In this document: piece after piece, positions 51,659-64,000 of the stretch | Numbering within the stretch: the stretch's first letter is position 1 | Layout of the letters: each line of letters starts with the position of its first letter | From: Saccostrea echinata | Lineage: Eukaryota | Direction of reading: 5' to 3' | Assembly: GCF_033153115.1 (NCBI RefSeq) | Contig: NW_026889771.1 | Location: 9,610,001-9,674,000, forward strand | DNA: 64,000 nt | The notes under the pieces: generated by a model | What the model was told of the DNA's origin: nothing | Databases searched by the model: none | Seen by the model: only the letters and a program-made list of their open reading frames with translations | Program-made: the position numbers and the translations under genes

Positions 51659-54600
51659 ATGATTGAAGCGGTGGCTCTGTATTTTGTGTCGGAAGACTGC
51701 GGTCCATGGGCAAACTTTCTAAAGACGAAATTGGGAGAAAAAGCATACGACATTCGTGTTCAAGACATAGAGGCCTCTAGTGTGTCAGAAAGTCGAGAAA
51801 ACTACAAAGCTAACATAATCTTGGTGAGCCCAGCTTTTCTGGAACTGCCAACTTATGAACACTATTGCTCGTTTCCCATCAAACAATCATTGGTTGTGTT
51901 GCTTGGAGTAGAATACCAAGAATTTGAAGAATTAGCAACATCAAAAGGAGCTGAAAACATCTTAGGATTTCCTTTATTTGAAACCGAGGCAAACGAGAGT
52001 TCGGTGAGATGTCTTTTGGTGGAAATTATAGATCTCTATGAAAGAAATGTTGCTCTTGAGGAACTTGTACAGCCCCATCCAATCCCTGGTCATTTGTCAA
52101 AGACAAGGGAGAGTGACAATAGTTTTGACAGTGAATACGATCCATATGATTTCCCTCCAGCCCCCAGACCTCTTCCTGAATATATTGAATCACCTACATC
52201 GAACGAGCTGCAGAAGTTCATCTATAGCGAAAAGGTAAATCATATACGTGTAATTACATAGAGTTAGTAGGTTATGTCTTAGTTAATGCGAAGAAACCGA
52301 TCTACACTGAAAATAAGATGACTTAAGCTTTATTTTAATGATCTAATTTCGTTGTTGGGTTGTGGTGGACCCAACATTTACTTCAATCGTTAAGCCAACA
52401 TGTTCGTCGAAAGTTGGAAGGATTGCAATTGAAGTGTTAGAAGCAAATTGTGGTGTACAACGTTTGCCCAGCTTCTTTAGGCTGATACATATATGCATGA
52501 TATTGATGACAAGACAAGCTTATGTGCTTTTTCTAAATGCACAATGACAGACACCTTTTACAAAGAGTTACTTTTATATGACAGAGTCAACACTTGTAAT
52601 AACCTCTTGCACAATATAAATGAGTGAAATTTTTATACTAATTAGTAAGTGTATTTAATTATATTATTATCCGTTGCTTGTGAATCGATTAAAGTTAATT
52701 CGTTTTCTTTTTTTACCTGAAGGACAGCAAAATCTATCTCCTTATGGAAAGAAAAGACGAGGAAAATATTTTGATACAAGACGAAAATAGACCAGATACC
52801 TGTGTTCAATGCAAATACCTTGGCAAAGCTTTGTATGAAGCTTCCTTAACAGGTACAGCCAATTGACATTTTACTTGATCAACATCTAAGGTATTTGTGC
52901 AACAGAAAACAAACATGCCCAGGTAAACAGCATAATTATCTAATTAAAACAAGAGCAGCATTTCAACAAACGAGGAAGAGAAGAAAAAAGATGAAAATGT
53001 ATTGGAGGAATGTGAAAAGTTATCTTTAAACTAGAATTAACCTGTATTTGACACTGGCAAATACTTTCTGTATTGGGTTTCTCTTGCACTAAGTTTAAGC
53101 TGGTACTGAAATCTAATAATGGATGTCACATTATAACCTTTCATGCCCAGCTGAAAATGACCGAATCGGGTTGAAGGGGTTTATTCATGATGAACAATAC
53201 AAACCTTTATTTTTTCTTATCGTCTTTTCTTCCCCTCAAATACTTCCGCATTGAGTCAGCCCCCGTGGAAGTTACTAAAAATTCACGAGGTCACACCGAT
53301 AGATGTCAAAACAATGGTATTATGTACGTAAGAAATGAACAAGTTTAAAAGAACATTGTGTGCAATTTTGATAAAGGAGACTGAAACCCTTTATATTTAT
53401 TCGCCTTTTTCTACTTTTGACTTCGATAATTCAATGATGTCAACATTTTACGCTTACTCTTCTCTGTGGAAAACTTTGCGCTCTACTGACTGAAAGATGA
53501 TATTCGACATTGAATAAAGTGTTGTTTATTTTAGAATCACACATTCAACAATGAACTATACCGCCAAGAATTAAAATAGGTTTAACTTACTATTAAATTC
53601 TGTATGATGCAAGTTGAAACTTGATATAATCCACAAAATATACAGGGTTTCTTTGAGAAATTTGAAAAAAATAATAAACTTCACTGCCCAAATTTCGTGA
53701 TCTAAACTGCTTTTAAAAAGATCATCTGAAAATTTTCAAGTATTAATGATGATTTTCTTTTTTTCTTCCAAATGTAGATGATTTCGATAGAACACATGGG
53801 CTAAAAATAGTCACAACAAAGAGGAGAAATGTAGAGACAATTCGAATCGAACCATCATCTGAACCAGCACCACGTGATAAACTTTCTCAAATTCAGCAGT
53901 TGCTCAATGAAGAGTTAGAACCGCTAACAGTTCTATGCAAAGCTCTAAGACTGCCGGAAGTGTCACATTCTTGTCTCGACACGTTTCTGGCGGAAAAGTG
54001 TTCAAACTTCAAAATGTTTGACACACTTCAGAGTTTGTCTTTAGGAGAAAACCTCAATGAAAAACGTAAGAATATTCATTTTTATGTCAAAAATTGAACG
54101 AAGTTAATTATTAATAAAAAAAAATTGTTGGGTTTTTTTCTCCCTTAACCTTCTTTGATGCTTTCCTTCGAATTGAATATTGACATTTTAGGTATTATGT
54201 TAATTGCAGATTTGGAAGGAAGTAATTGGCCCACGTTGCTGCATTTTGGTGCTGAATTTGGACTTAGTTTGTTTTGTGATGAACTTCTACGGGTTCCTGG
54301 AATGGACAAATTTTGTCACGTTACCAATGCTCAGGACGAGGCACCTGGTCAGTTGGCTCGAAATCGCGGCTTCCTACAATTAGCTGAAAAACTGGACATG
54401 CTTACCGTAACCCAAAGAGACAAGCGTTAGTGCCTGCTAAAAATAACTTGCTGTCATTTCAAAGCTTTTTTAAATGCTGAAATTAATCACTTACAAAATG
54501 ACAGTCATATATTGGAAGGATAGAGTGTGATCAATTTTTATTTCTTTGTTTTGTAGGAAACCCTCCAGCAAATAAGGATAGCGGTATAAGTGACATGCAT

Positions 54601-57600
54601 ACTTCCGCCTATAGTCAAGTATCTGACACAAGCTCGTGTGAGTGATCAATATATTCAATCAGTTATCAAATTTTTGTAAATGTGATTTTTGTTGAAAACA
54701 TTCCAATATTTTTGTTGAATTTTTAATTAGATGCTCCCTCACACAGAGCAGTCGATAGTTTATTGGAGGACGAAACATATCAAATGCCTCCTCCAACACC
54801 CCACCAACATCCACAACAATATTACATAAATTCTAACCCGATATCGCCATCGAAAACAGACAGTACCCAAACATCAGAAGAATCCCCACCCCCTCCTCCC
54901 CCAAAGATTAAAAGTTCGCCGTTGCCTTGTCGACCTCCACCTGCCACAGAAAGAATTTCTATGGACTCTAGGATCTCCATTGACTCGAGGTCTTCCATGG
55001 ATTCAAGAACTACCATAGATTCAGTAACCACCATAGATTCAAGCACCACCTTAGATTCATCGAGCATATCACGAAATTCCATTCAATCTTGCTCGTCTTC
55101 CGGAAGTGATGCTACAATAGCAGACTATGTCGACATGACTTCAACTTCGTCTTCTTACATGGACATGAAATCAGTGCAAAGAACCAACAGTAAAACACTG
55201 TCGAAACCTCCTGCAGTTCTCCCCAAGCCGAGTTCGTCTGATTCCAGTTCTGGGTACGCCGTTACATCCGATGAATCCTCAGATAGGGGATCAGAGTACA
55301 TGCCGATGAGTGAGTTACCTCCTCATATCAAGCCTTCTCACTCAGAATCTGCTATAAAAAAGCAGCTCTCTGCAGATGGTGATTATATGAGTCCCAGTGA
55401 AGCCAAAACAGGTGAGTTTTTCAGATTTCTGCTCAGTAAGACTTTGAATTTTAAAGGTACATGATATGTTTTTAGTATCATGTTAATAATCTAATTTTTC
55501 TATCATTTCAGGTCCCAAACGCCATCCAACTTCATTACCTTTAGCAGAATCCCATCAATTTCATTCAACATCTGATATAAAACGCGAGGTTACAGATCAT
55601 TGGTCTATTCCACCTGGTGAGTTTTCCTTTTTGATCAAAACTTTAATTTTTTCTTTTGAATTGTGGAGAAAATTAAATGGTGCTACATTGTAAGCATTAT
55701 ATAAGGAAATGTAATAAAATGCCATTTTTTTATTTTAGAAATTCCAGCGCATCAAAGCAAAAAGCCCGGGGATCCAGCTTTACCCCTTTCACATCAAAAC
55801 AGAAGCATGTCCGAGAGTGATACTTCTCGGCCTCGTTTTGCGGGACGCATAGGTATTTCTGTTCACGTGATTATTCTCTTCGTCCTTGACCTAATTTTTT
55901 TTAATATATCTATTTTAGCTATGAAATCTCCCAAAATGCTGAGATGAAATATTTTTAATTTTTTGTATGTGTTTTGCTATATCAAGGGTCTCCTTTATCA
56001 CCGAACATGCCGGAAACAGTGTTTGAGAAAGGTCACCAAGTGCTCCATCGACAAGGAAGGGACAGAAGCGCGAGTGCTTCCCGGAAGTGTAGTTCTGATG
56101 ACGATATGACAATGGTAATTTGCTTTATCGTGATATATATGCACAAGACTCCCTAATTGCTATTTTTTATTTTTACAAATTTATTTTAGCAAAATGTTGC
56201 TAGTTTTTGTGCTTTATTGTCTGAGAGATGAATTAATTATCAACTTAAATATTAAAGTTGAGATTTCTTTTGATCTTGAAGAACCAGCGTCATCAGTCTA
56301 AGGGATTTTTCAGTAAGCTGAAAAATAAAATGGGAGGAGGAAGAAAAATGTCATGTCCACCAGAAGCAATTAAAGAAAGTTTAGATCAATATGTAAGTTG
56401 CACTTCAGTGGATCAGACATTGAGAATCGAAATATAATTTGTAACCCTCACTGAGACGGACACAGAGGGTCTAGATCACTTTAGCTCTGTGGAACAAATA
56501 AAGAGATCTATAACAAAAAAATTAACATATTGCACGATGGAACAAACAGATGAGTAAAGAGTTAAAATAAATTGTTAAATTAGGGTTAAATAATGAGTTT
56601 CAAAATCAATTTACTTGTTGGGGATCGGTAAAACACACCAGTATACGAAGTTCATGGTAGTTTGATGAAAAAAAAGTTCAGAATCAGCTAGTTTATTTAA
56701 ATCTTGAACCATTGTTTTATCTGTATTTATAACTTCAAAAGAACGACAAAGTAATTTTTATATCTCTCGGGAAGTTTAAAAGCATTGAAGGAAGTGTACA
56801 GAAATAAAACTTTCATTATTAAATAATATCTACGGATATACCATCTGTCCATTCAAATATATAGTTTATCTTTTATAAGTACAAGAAAGTATCTAGAGCG
56901 ATTAATATTTTCATCTCCCTAAGCTATTTTTTTTATTTATGTGTAGATGATAAGTATGCTATAAGAAGATGTGTTCTTCCTTGTTTTAGCATAAGAGAAA
57001 TCAACAACAACTAAAGTCCAAACCCTCAGAGGAGAACAGGGACTCCAATATCAGTACTTCTAGCTCTTCCAGTAAGTAGCAATCTTACCAAGATAATTAC
57101 AGTTCACCAAAGCTGTTAAAATCTAGTGGAATCTGATTTTAAGTCCAGTATTTTGAAACCAAATTATGATTTAATTTTTGGAAATGCCGATCAAGATTTC
57201 TGTTGTGGCAGCATGATTTTAAGACAAGTAAAAATCATGCTTATAACATTTGAAACAAAATTAGTTAATTGACCAAACTTTTAATTTGAAGGTCATGAAG
57301 GTCATATTCCGGATGAAAATGCTACAGGAGAGGTATTTTATTAATTTTATCAATAGTGTAGCAAAATAAATTACATGTATATTGATTTTATTGGAACTGA
57401 ATATACATATAATTATAGATTGTACAAGTATTTTTCTGAGTCAGTCCACATTTTTATCTAAATGATATCAAGGAAATTCAAGTGTGGAAATTCTAAAACA
57501 AAAAAATCACTTTCCTTAGAAATCCCAGATCCTGTTAAGTAAAAAAAAATACGCACGTGACTAAAATTTGCTCTGTCTGCAGTATATGAATTATACTTAC

Positions 57601-58361
57601 CCAGAAATATCTGTTTCCATAACTTTTGGGTAAATCACAACGTTGAAAACAAAAACCAAGTCTCAAGTGCACGTTATAATCTTTGATAAAAAAAATATAG
57701 TATAAAAGTATTTCAGATTTTTAACTGAAATTAATATCCATTGAAGGAACAGCCAGATGAACCAGTTCGTGCGAGAAAGCCTAAGAAAACACTCTTTGGA
57801 GGGAAAAATAAAGACAATAGAAACGACGTGGTAAGAAATTGACGTCATTTTTCCAATCAACAACTCATTCACTATGTTACTAGCCATTAATCGTACTGTC
57901 TTCCCCCAATAAGAAAGGGCCTATCTCTAGGCAACCTCAAATGCATTGCGGAACAGTAATGACAACCCCCCCTCCCCACTTTTTTAGAGAGAAATCTCGA
58001 TCAGAGATAAGGGAAAGCCTTTATTGTCTTTTGAGAGTAGATTTTATACAAATACAGATCAGTTACCGGAAACAATTTAAAAAAATCGATCCCAGTAGGT
58101 CTTCATTTCCTCTTCCGAGGACAAATCTATTTTGAACGAATTTAGAACTTTCGGCATCATACATTTCAAGGTGTTAACCTAATACCGGAAGGAACTATAA
58201 CTTACTATGCATATGTACTAGGATATTTTCCAGTAGAGTCAATGAAAAATGGAATAATACACTTTTTCTGTTCATTTCAGAGGAGGAAATCTGTGAGAAT
58301 TGATAAAATGAAGAAGGACAAAAATCTACAACTGTTGGAACTTCCTACAAAAAGAAAATAG
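51659..58361 (+). CDS. PIK3AP1: BCAP/PIK3AP1-BANK1-Dof family adaptor (TIR-like, DBB-like, ankyrin, Tyr/Pro/Ser-rich tail); ~877 aa
   Basis: Phase-consistent exons: 51659-52234, 52723-52852, 53778-54065, 54210-54425, 54557-54637, 54731-55411, 55512-55616, 55739-55852, 55987-56114, 56282-56392, 56990-57071, 57292-57332, 58281-58361. N-terminal SEDCGPWANFL...IILVSPAFLE...VVLLGV (BCAP-type TIR). Ankyrin WPTLLHFGAEFGL...LLRVPG...N...PGQLARNRGF. YXXM motifs YVDM, YMDM, YMPM. Confidence 0.8.
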
Positions 58362-59339
58362 CACAAAATCGTTCTACAAATCTCAAAGTGCAATATTTTA
58401 ACAAACAACATTCTGCAATTATAAAAAAAAAAGTTTTACGTCTCTTTTTATGTAATTATGCAATACATGCAGAAATCAGTCAGCTTTTTAGTATTTGTCC
58501 AATTATTTTTACATGTACATGTATTTGTAAATTTCAGTCACTCTGTCTGTTTTTGTACATATCGCATTTTTTTTTCTTTTCTACAACGCATTAACATTTG
58601 CAGTATTTCATGACAACGTACGTTTTAATGATTAATTGCATTACCCCATTTACATGTGATTTCAGTCATTTTTTTTTTTTTTAATTTTTCGGATATGTTC
58701 CAGAGTTGTAATCTGTAATAATGTGTATACTTTTATGTTTGAAAGAGTCAATGCAAATACTGCTTTAAGTGATATTTTCGCATGTGGCTTACAACACATG
58801 TGTTACTGTTATTTTAATCTAATAATAAAAATTGTTATGAAAACAATCTCATCTGTCTTTAGTTTTCCTTCTCAAAGTCGTCACAAAATTAATGAAATTA
58901 AGGAAGACTTTTTTTAAAAAAGAAGAAAAAAGGTCTATATCTAGGGTTTTCCATATGATTTTTTGGCAAATATTCACAAGTCGGAGTCCTTCACGTTAAT
59001 CTGTACATGTAGAGCGGACACTTAAAGCTAAGAAGTAAATAAACAAATAACAAAAGAAGAAAGTGCCTTGTCTAGCAGGAAGTCTTGTTTAAAGACACTA
59101 GTATGTAAGATGGTGATAAACGTGTAATCATAAAGTTCTTACTCAGCCTATATGTAATTTATATTTACGTCTGGTTTTATAAAAATTTTATCCAACGAAC
59201 TTGCAACTTCCTGCCTTTGTGCTGATGATGTTGATGAAGTTAAAACTAGGAAGATTACTGTTGACTAACGATTTTTTTTACTAAAGGTGTAGCAATTTCT
59301 AAAGCACATTGTCAAGTTCACAAGAATCTCACTTAATGG

Positions 59340-59930
59340 TAGAGGGAGGGTAATATGATGAGGGTGAAGAAAAGAATGGGAGATATAATGAAAGGGAAGA
59401 AGAGGGGGGAAAGAGGGAGAGAGAGAGAGATATTTAAAGAGAGGAGGAGAGGGAGGGAGATATAATGAGAGAGAAGAGGGTGATACTTATTTACTGAGAG
59501 AGAGGAGAGGGAGGGAGATATAATGAGAGAGGAGAAGACGGAGGATGATATAATGAGAGAAGAGGAGGGAGGAAGATATAATGAGAGAAAAGGAGGGAGG
59601 GAGATATAATGAGAGAGGAGAAGACGGAGGAAGATATAATGAGAGAAGAGGAGGGAGGAAGATATAATGAGAGAAAAGGAGGGAGGGAGATATAATGAGA
59701 GAAGAGAAGACGGAGGAAGATATAATGAGAAAGACGAAGAAGAGAGAGAAATACATGTTTACTGAGAGACAAAAAGAGGAATGGAGATATGAGAGAAGAA
59801 GAGGAAGGGAAATATGAGAGAGAGGAAGAAGGAGGGAGATATAATGAGAGAGGAGAAGAGGGAGGGAGATATAATGAGAAAGATGAAAATGGAGGGATAT
59901 GTAATGAGAGAGGAGAAGAGGGAGGGAGAT
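59340..59930. repeat. Purine-rich minisatellite (~28-33-bp unit GATATAATGAGAGA...GAGGGAGGGA)
   Basis: More than 15 imperfect copies with a strong GA strand bias. Confidence 0.9.
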
Positions 59931-61442
59931 TTAACAAATTTTATTTCGACACCACTGATAAATGCCGAATTTTCAATAAAATGATTACAAATGGGTTTGA
60001 CTCCTAAACACCAGGAAAATTTAAAAGTCATTGAACAGTTTCGTGGGTGATATGATATTAGAAACCGTTTTTTTTTTCTTTTTAAGCTGTCAATACCCTC
60101 ATCAATTGGAGCATACCCAAAAATATGTGCATTTATTTATTAAAGCATGCAAAAAAGTAGAGTATCAATATATTGACCTCCTTCAAAATTTCTGATAGCT
60201 CTTGTGTGATAAATAAACAGCTATTAGATAAATAGATAAATAAACCTATAACAGACTGTCCTTTGACACCGAAATCACTCTCCATGAGTTAAATAACTAT
60301 AAGATTTTAAAAATTTACAGATTCTTGTATGTAATACAATCAATTAGTGCACACGTATATGATACAATCAATTATTACTAAGTATTTTTTTAAATAAAAA
60401 CCCTTGGTGTGCGGATTCTTTTTAGGAGGATTTTTTGTGAATTTTATTTTTCTCTGACCCACGTTTATCTCATTATCAAGTATTAAACTGAAAGATAGAA
60501 ATGTATTTTTATATAAAGTAGTAAACTTATGTTGTTGTCTTGACTGCGAATAAGAAGGCAATGCAAATCATATTAAAGGTAATTAAACTTAAAGTAAGAC
60601 AGAATGTGAACAATGAATCAGGAAGTAAACTTTAAAACTGTAAAAATGTAACTTAACATGTTCACACAGTTCAATTTAAAGATTAAACAAGAAAGTGTTT
60701 CACGTAAATGAAAAAAAAGGTAAAATTCTAACGCTAAGCGGAAGTGTTACATGTACCTGTGTGTGGTTGTTATATAGTTAAATAACATGCATTTGAAAAA
60801 CGCGTTATCTAGAATCTAGTATAAAATTGCTCTCGTTATATTAAACGTCTACTTAAGTGATATATTGTCAATAAATATGATTCAATAAAATGTCTATCGA
60901 GTATATATAATAAACTTTGATAAAGCGTGTTTTAATTATATCAAGGAAATAATGACTGTGTGAAATCAATTTATTGAGGAAGGAGTGCAATGAAGCAAGG
61001 AAGGCAATTTACAGAGAGAGAAACCATTTCTTGGAAGATGGACACGAACTTCCGCTTTAATGGTTTGGTTTTTTCAGAATTTTTTGGGGTGGGTGGGTGG
61101 GTGGGGAGGGGGGTGGTGAGTAGTGGGGGGGGGGGGTTTCTATGATTTTTCTTTCAAGGGGTTATGCTTGTTCTTCTACAAGACCCCTAGCGATGAGCGA
61201 TTGTTTTAATAGGCAAAACTGCATCTCCTTTCAAGAGACTAAATCTCTTTTTAAGTAGCAGAGGTTTCTGACTACCTTTTTTTGATTCAAGACTTATTAT
61301 TAGCTAAAGGTGGCAGATTTTTGTAAATGGTTCTTACTAATGTTAAAAATGACCAGTGTTAATATTACATGTATAACTGGCAGTTTTTATACCACTAATA
61401 GTTGATGGACATGGTCTATATAGATTTATTAACAATAGCGAT

Positions 61443-61997
61443 AAAGGAGATGGACGAACAAGGAGTGCAAAATGCCTATAATAGCTTCAAATGTATTAAA
61501 GTCATATTCAATTCGCGAATTTAGCATTTAGATGAAAAATCTTATAATTGAAAGGTATGAAATAATGACAAACAAAACTTTTCTGTGGAAAATTCTTTCG
61601 TCAGAAATTGTTCATGATTTAAAAAAATGTGGTATTCTTGGGGGTTCAAACTCAAGCCATAAAACCCTTAATATTAATTTTCGCTTCAAGACTAACACCG
61701 CTGTACCGCTAATAACGAATACCAGCATCCAAATAATGTTTGTGACATGACCCTTGACTAAATGGACTTCAATTTTATTCTCGGAAAAATACAGATGATG
61801 TGTCATAAAACTGTATTTTGAGGTATAACTAGGTCTTTGTTCCATTTTGTTAATCAAAGAACGTATATTTTTACGCATACTTGGTGTATAATCCCCCCCC
61901 CCCCAAATAAAAATGGAGCGAAGACTCACGCATATGGAAAAATTTTTAGTAATAAGGATTGATTATTTTTGTTAGCCCTGTTCACCCATCTTCTTTA
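61443..61997. mobile_element. MITE related to 43198-43930
   Basis: Left AAAGGAGATGGACGAACAAGGAGTGCAAAATGCC; right CCTGTTCACCCATCTTCTTTAA. Confidence 0.65.
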
Positions 61998-64000
61998 AAT
62001 TTCAAGTTAAACGCTGGTCCTTATAGAGTCGATTTGTTGAACACAGTGGGTTTTTTTAAAATTAATTTTCTCTCTGCTAGAGCCTAACTTTGTTCTGAAT
62101 TTAAAGTGCGTATAATGAAGAAGAAAGAATTCCAACTACGAAACATGCCATGTAAACCACTTGCAGTATAATTAGCCGAATTTACATCCTGAATCAAAGC
62201 GCCATTTCTTTCTTTCAGAAAATAAAATTCACGTGAGAAATAATTAATTGTTACTCATACATGTGTGATGTCCTTCAATCTTAATACGATCAATTATCTA
62301 AATTTTGCAACGTGTACTCAGCAGACACTGACAAATAAAAATAAAATTATGTGTGCAGAGGACAACAAACAAATGACAAGGAATTAAGACAGTAGATTAA
62401 TTACTCGCTTACATACTAGGGTCTAGACAACACCTGACAACGTTTAATTGCTGTCACAATTTCAAATGAACTTTTTTAAAGTAATTATTTTTTCTTTTAT
62501 TTGACTTTGTAATGGCTTAGAAATAAGATAAAATTGTGTAAAACTTCACTATTTCTAGACATTGATTATAGATCACATTCGTAAGTAGAATTTGTTACTC
62601 AAAGGTTATTAGGCAAAAATTTCATATCGTATTTAGATATCTTTAGAGATATAAAGATAGAACATTGATTTCCTTTATATAGCAATGGCTACGTCTATAA
62701 GAAGGGAATGGGGATTAAGGAGGAGATTCTTTTTTGACGAATGACAGCCAGGAGCTGATCTTTATGCTACAATACACTGCCTTTGTACATAAAATCTTGC
62801 ATTAGATCCCCAGGATACACATGTATTGACACAACAAAGTCATCAAATTTATTTTTTGCACAAACAGTAAACAACTTGAAACAATTCACGTATAACAACT
62901 TTTGCGGAAAGAACACTAATCTACTACTCGGAAAGTAGATGGATAAAATTGCTTCCTGAAAGAGATAAAAACGGACTCTTAAATGATGAAAGGATTACAA
63001 TAAAAAAAATCAATAACAATTTTAAAACGATAGGGAAGAAATGACTATATGAATTTGGTGTCAATATGGTACAGTCCCGGATAGATTATATTTTTACCTT
63101 TATTTGCATGGTTCGGTTTTTCGGGAAGTAAAGCTAATCAAAGATCAATTACACGTATATTTTCACTATTCTAAATTGATAATTATAAGTTGATATAAAT
63201 AAGGAAAAAATTCTTAAGTGTGATTATTATCAAACAGTTGTGCACTAATTCAAGAACTCTGCCCTAAATTTGAGAACACTTTAATCTTCAAATACAACAT
63301 TTTCGATATTTTTTCCACATAAATTTCCGAGAAAAATGTGTCTGAAATAAAGAACAGTACTATTTTTTCAACACCTGTGCCAACAAATCAACATATAACT
63401 AAATTAGTTTTCCTCGAAAAAATATTCGTATAGATATATGTAACTGAGAACAACAGAAATGTCTAGTTCAATTAAAGATACACACCGATTATAAATGTAA
63501 TGTGCACATGTAGACTCTGTTCAAAAAAGGAAAACGAATCAATTGTGTTGAACGTGCACCGATTAAAACGTTCACTTATATATGCACGTTATTTCCTGTA
63601 ATTTTCTTTTAATGAATGGATATAAATATCTTCTACTTTCCTAATAGGTGCACGAAATACACCCAATGAGGAAACCTCAAGGAAAAAAATTAACGAATCT
63701 CACGCTTGTGCTTGGTAACACCCAATGTTATTATATGTGATTTTCGAAAATCAATTCGGGTCAGCCTGGCTAGATGTAAACAATATGGCAGAGCATACAG
63801 ATGTATATCAAATCAATGTAAATACACACTGCAATACTGCAATATTAGTTCAAGTCTAATCATATTCCAGTCTCCTAGATTTGATGTCAGAATCAAGACC
63901 AATCATCTGTGAGATTTCCAGGAAGTGCCAAAGTTTCGTTCTCAAGAAGGCTTAGTCGACTTCCAGTCTGCAAAACAGAGAGTAGGTTGTATGAGGAAAA

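Noticed and set aside
59487-60031. ORFs of 72-148 aa on both strands
   Set aside because: Translations of the minisatellite.

Overview
AT-rich eukaryotic (animal) DNA. Its repeat families and an intronless nAChR-like gene suggest a bivalve mollusc, probably an oyster (inferred, not proven). I assembled the gene models by hand from GT-AG sites and frame continuity. Genes: (1) a 22-exon FMNL-type formin on the minus strand (3061-14000), with a probable U12-type intron and a possible upstream MGN micro-exon; (2) a three-fold degenerate tandem duplication (~19.3-46.8 kb) whose unit contains an intronless Cys-loop receptor gene, a 4-exon gene for a small secreted protein with the bacterial 3D (MltA-like) domain signature, and a ~100-nt structured RNA; (3) a 13-coding-exon BCAP/PIK3AP1-like TIR-DBB-ankyrin adaptor on the plus strand (51659-58361). 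Two findings stand out. The first is a pair of intact, spliced, secreted 3D-domain genes missed by the ORF track, candidate bacteria-derived peptidoglycan-active effectors. The second is a family of four ~100-nt panhandle RNAs (24989, 46606, 47034, 48992) with box A, TACTTCG and oligo-T terminators that align with the vault RNA pattern and show compensatory base changes. The rest is dense with TEs: HINE/Helentron-like arrays, Penelope-like RT fragments, a 5'-truncated LINE, V-domain SINEs and several MITE families.
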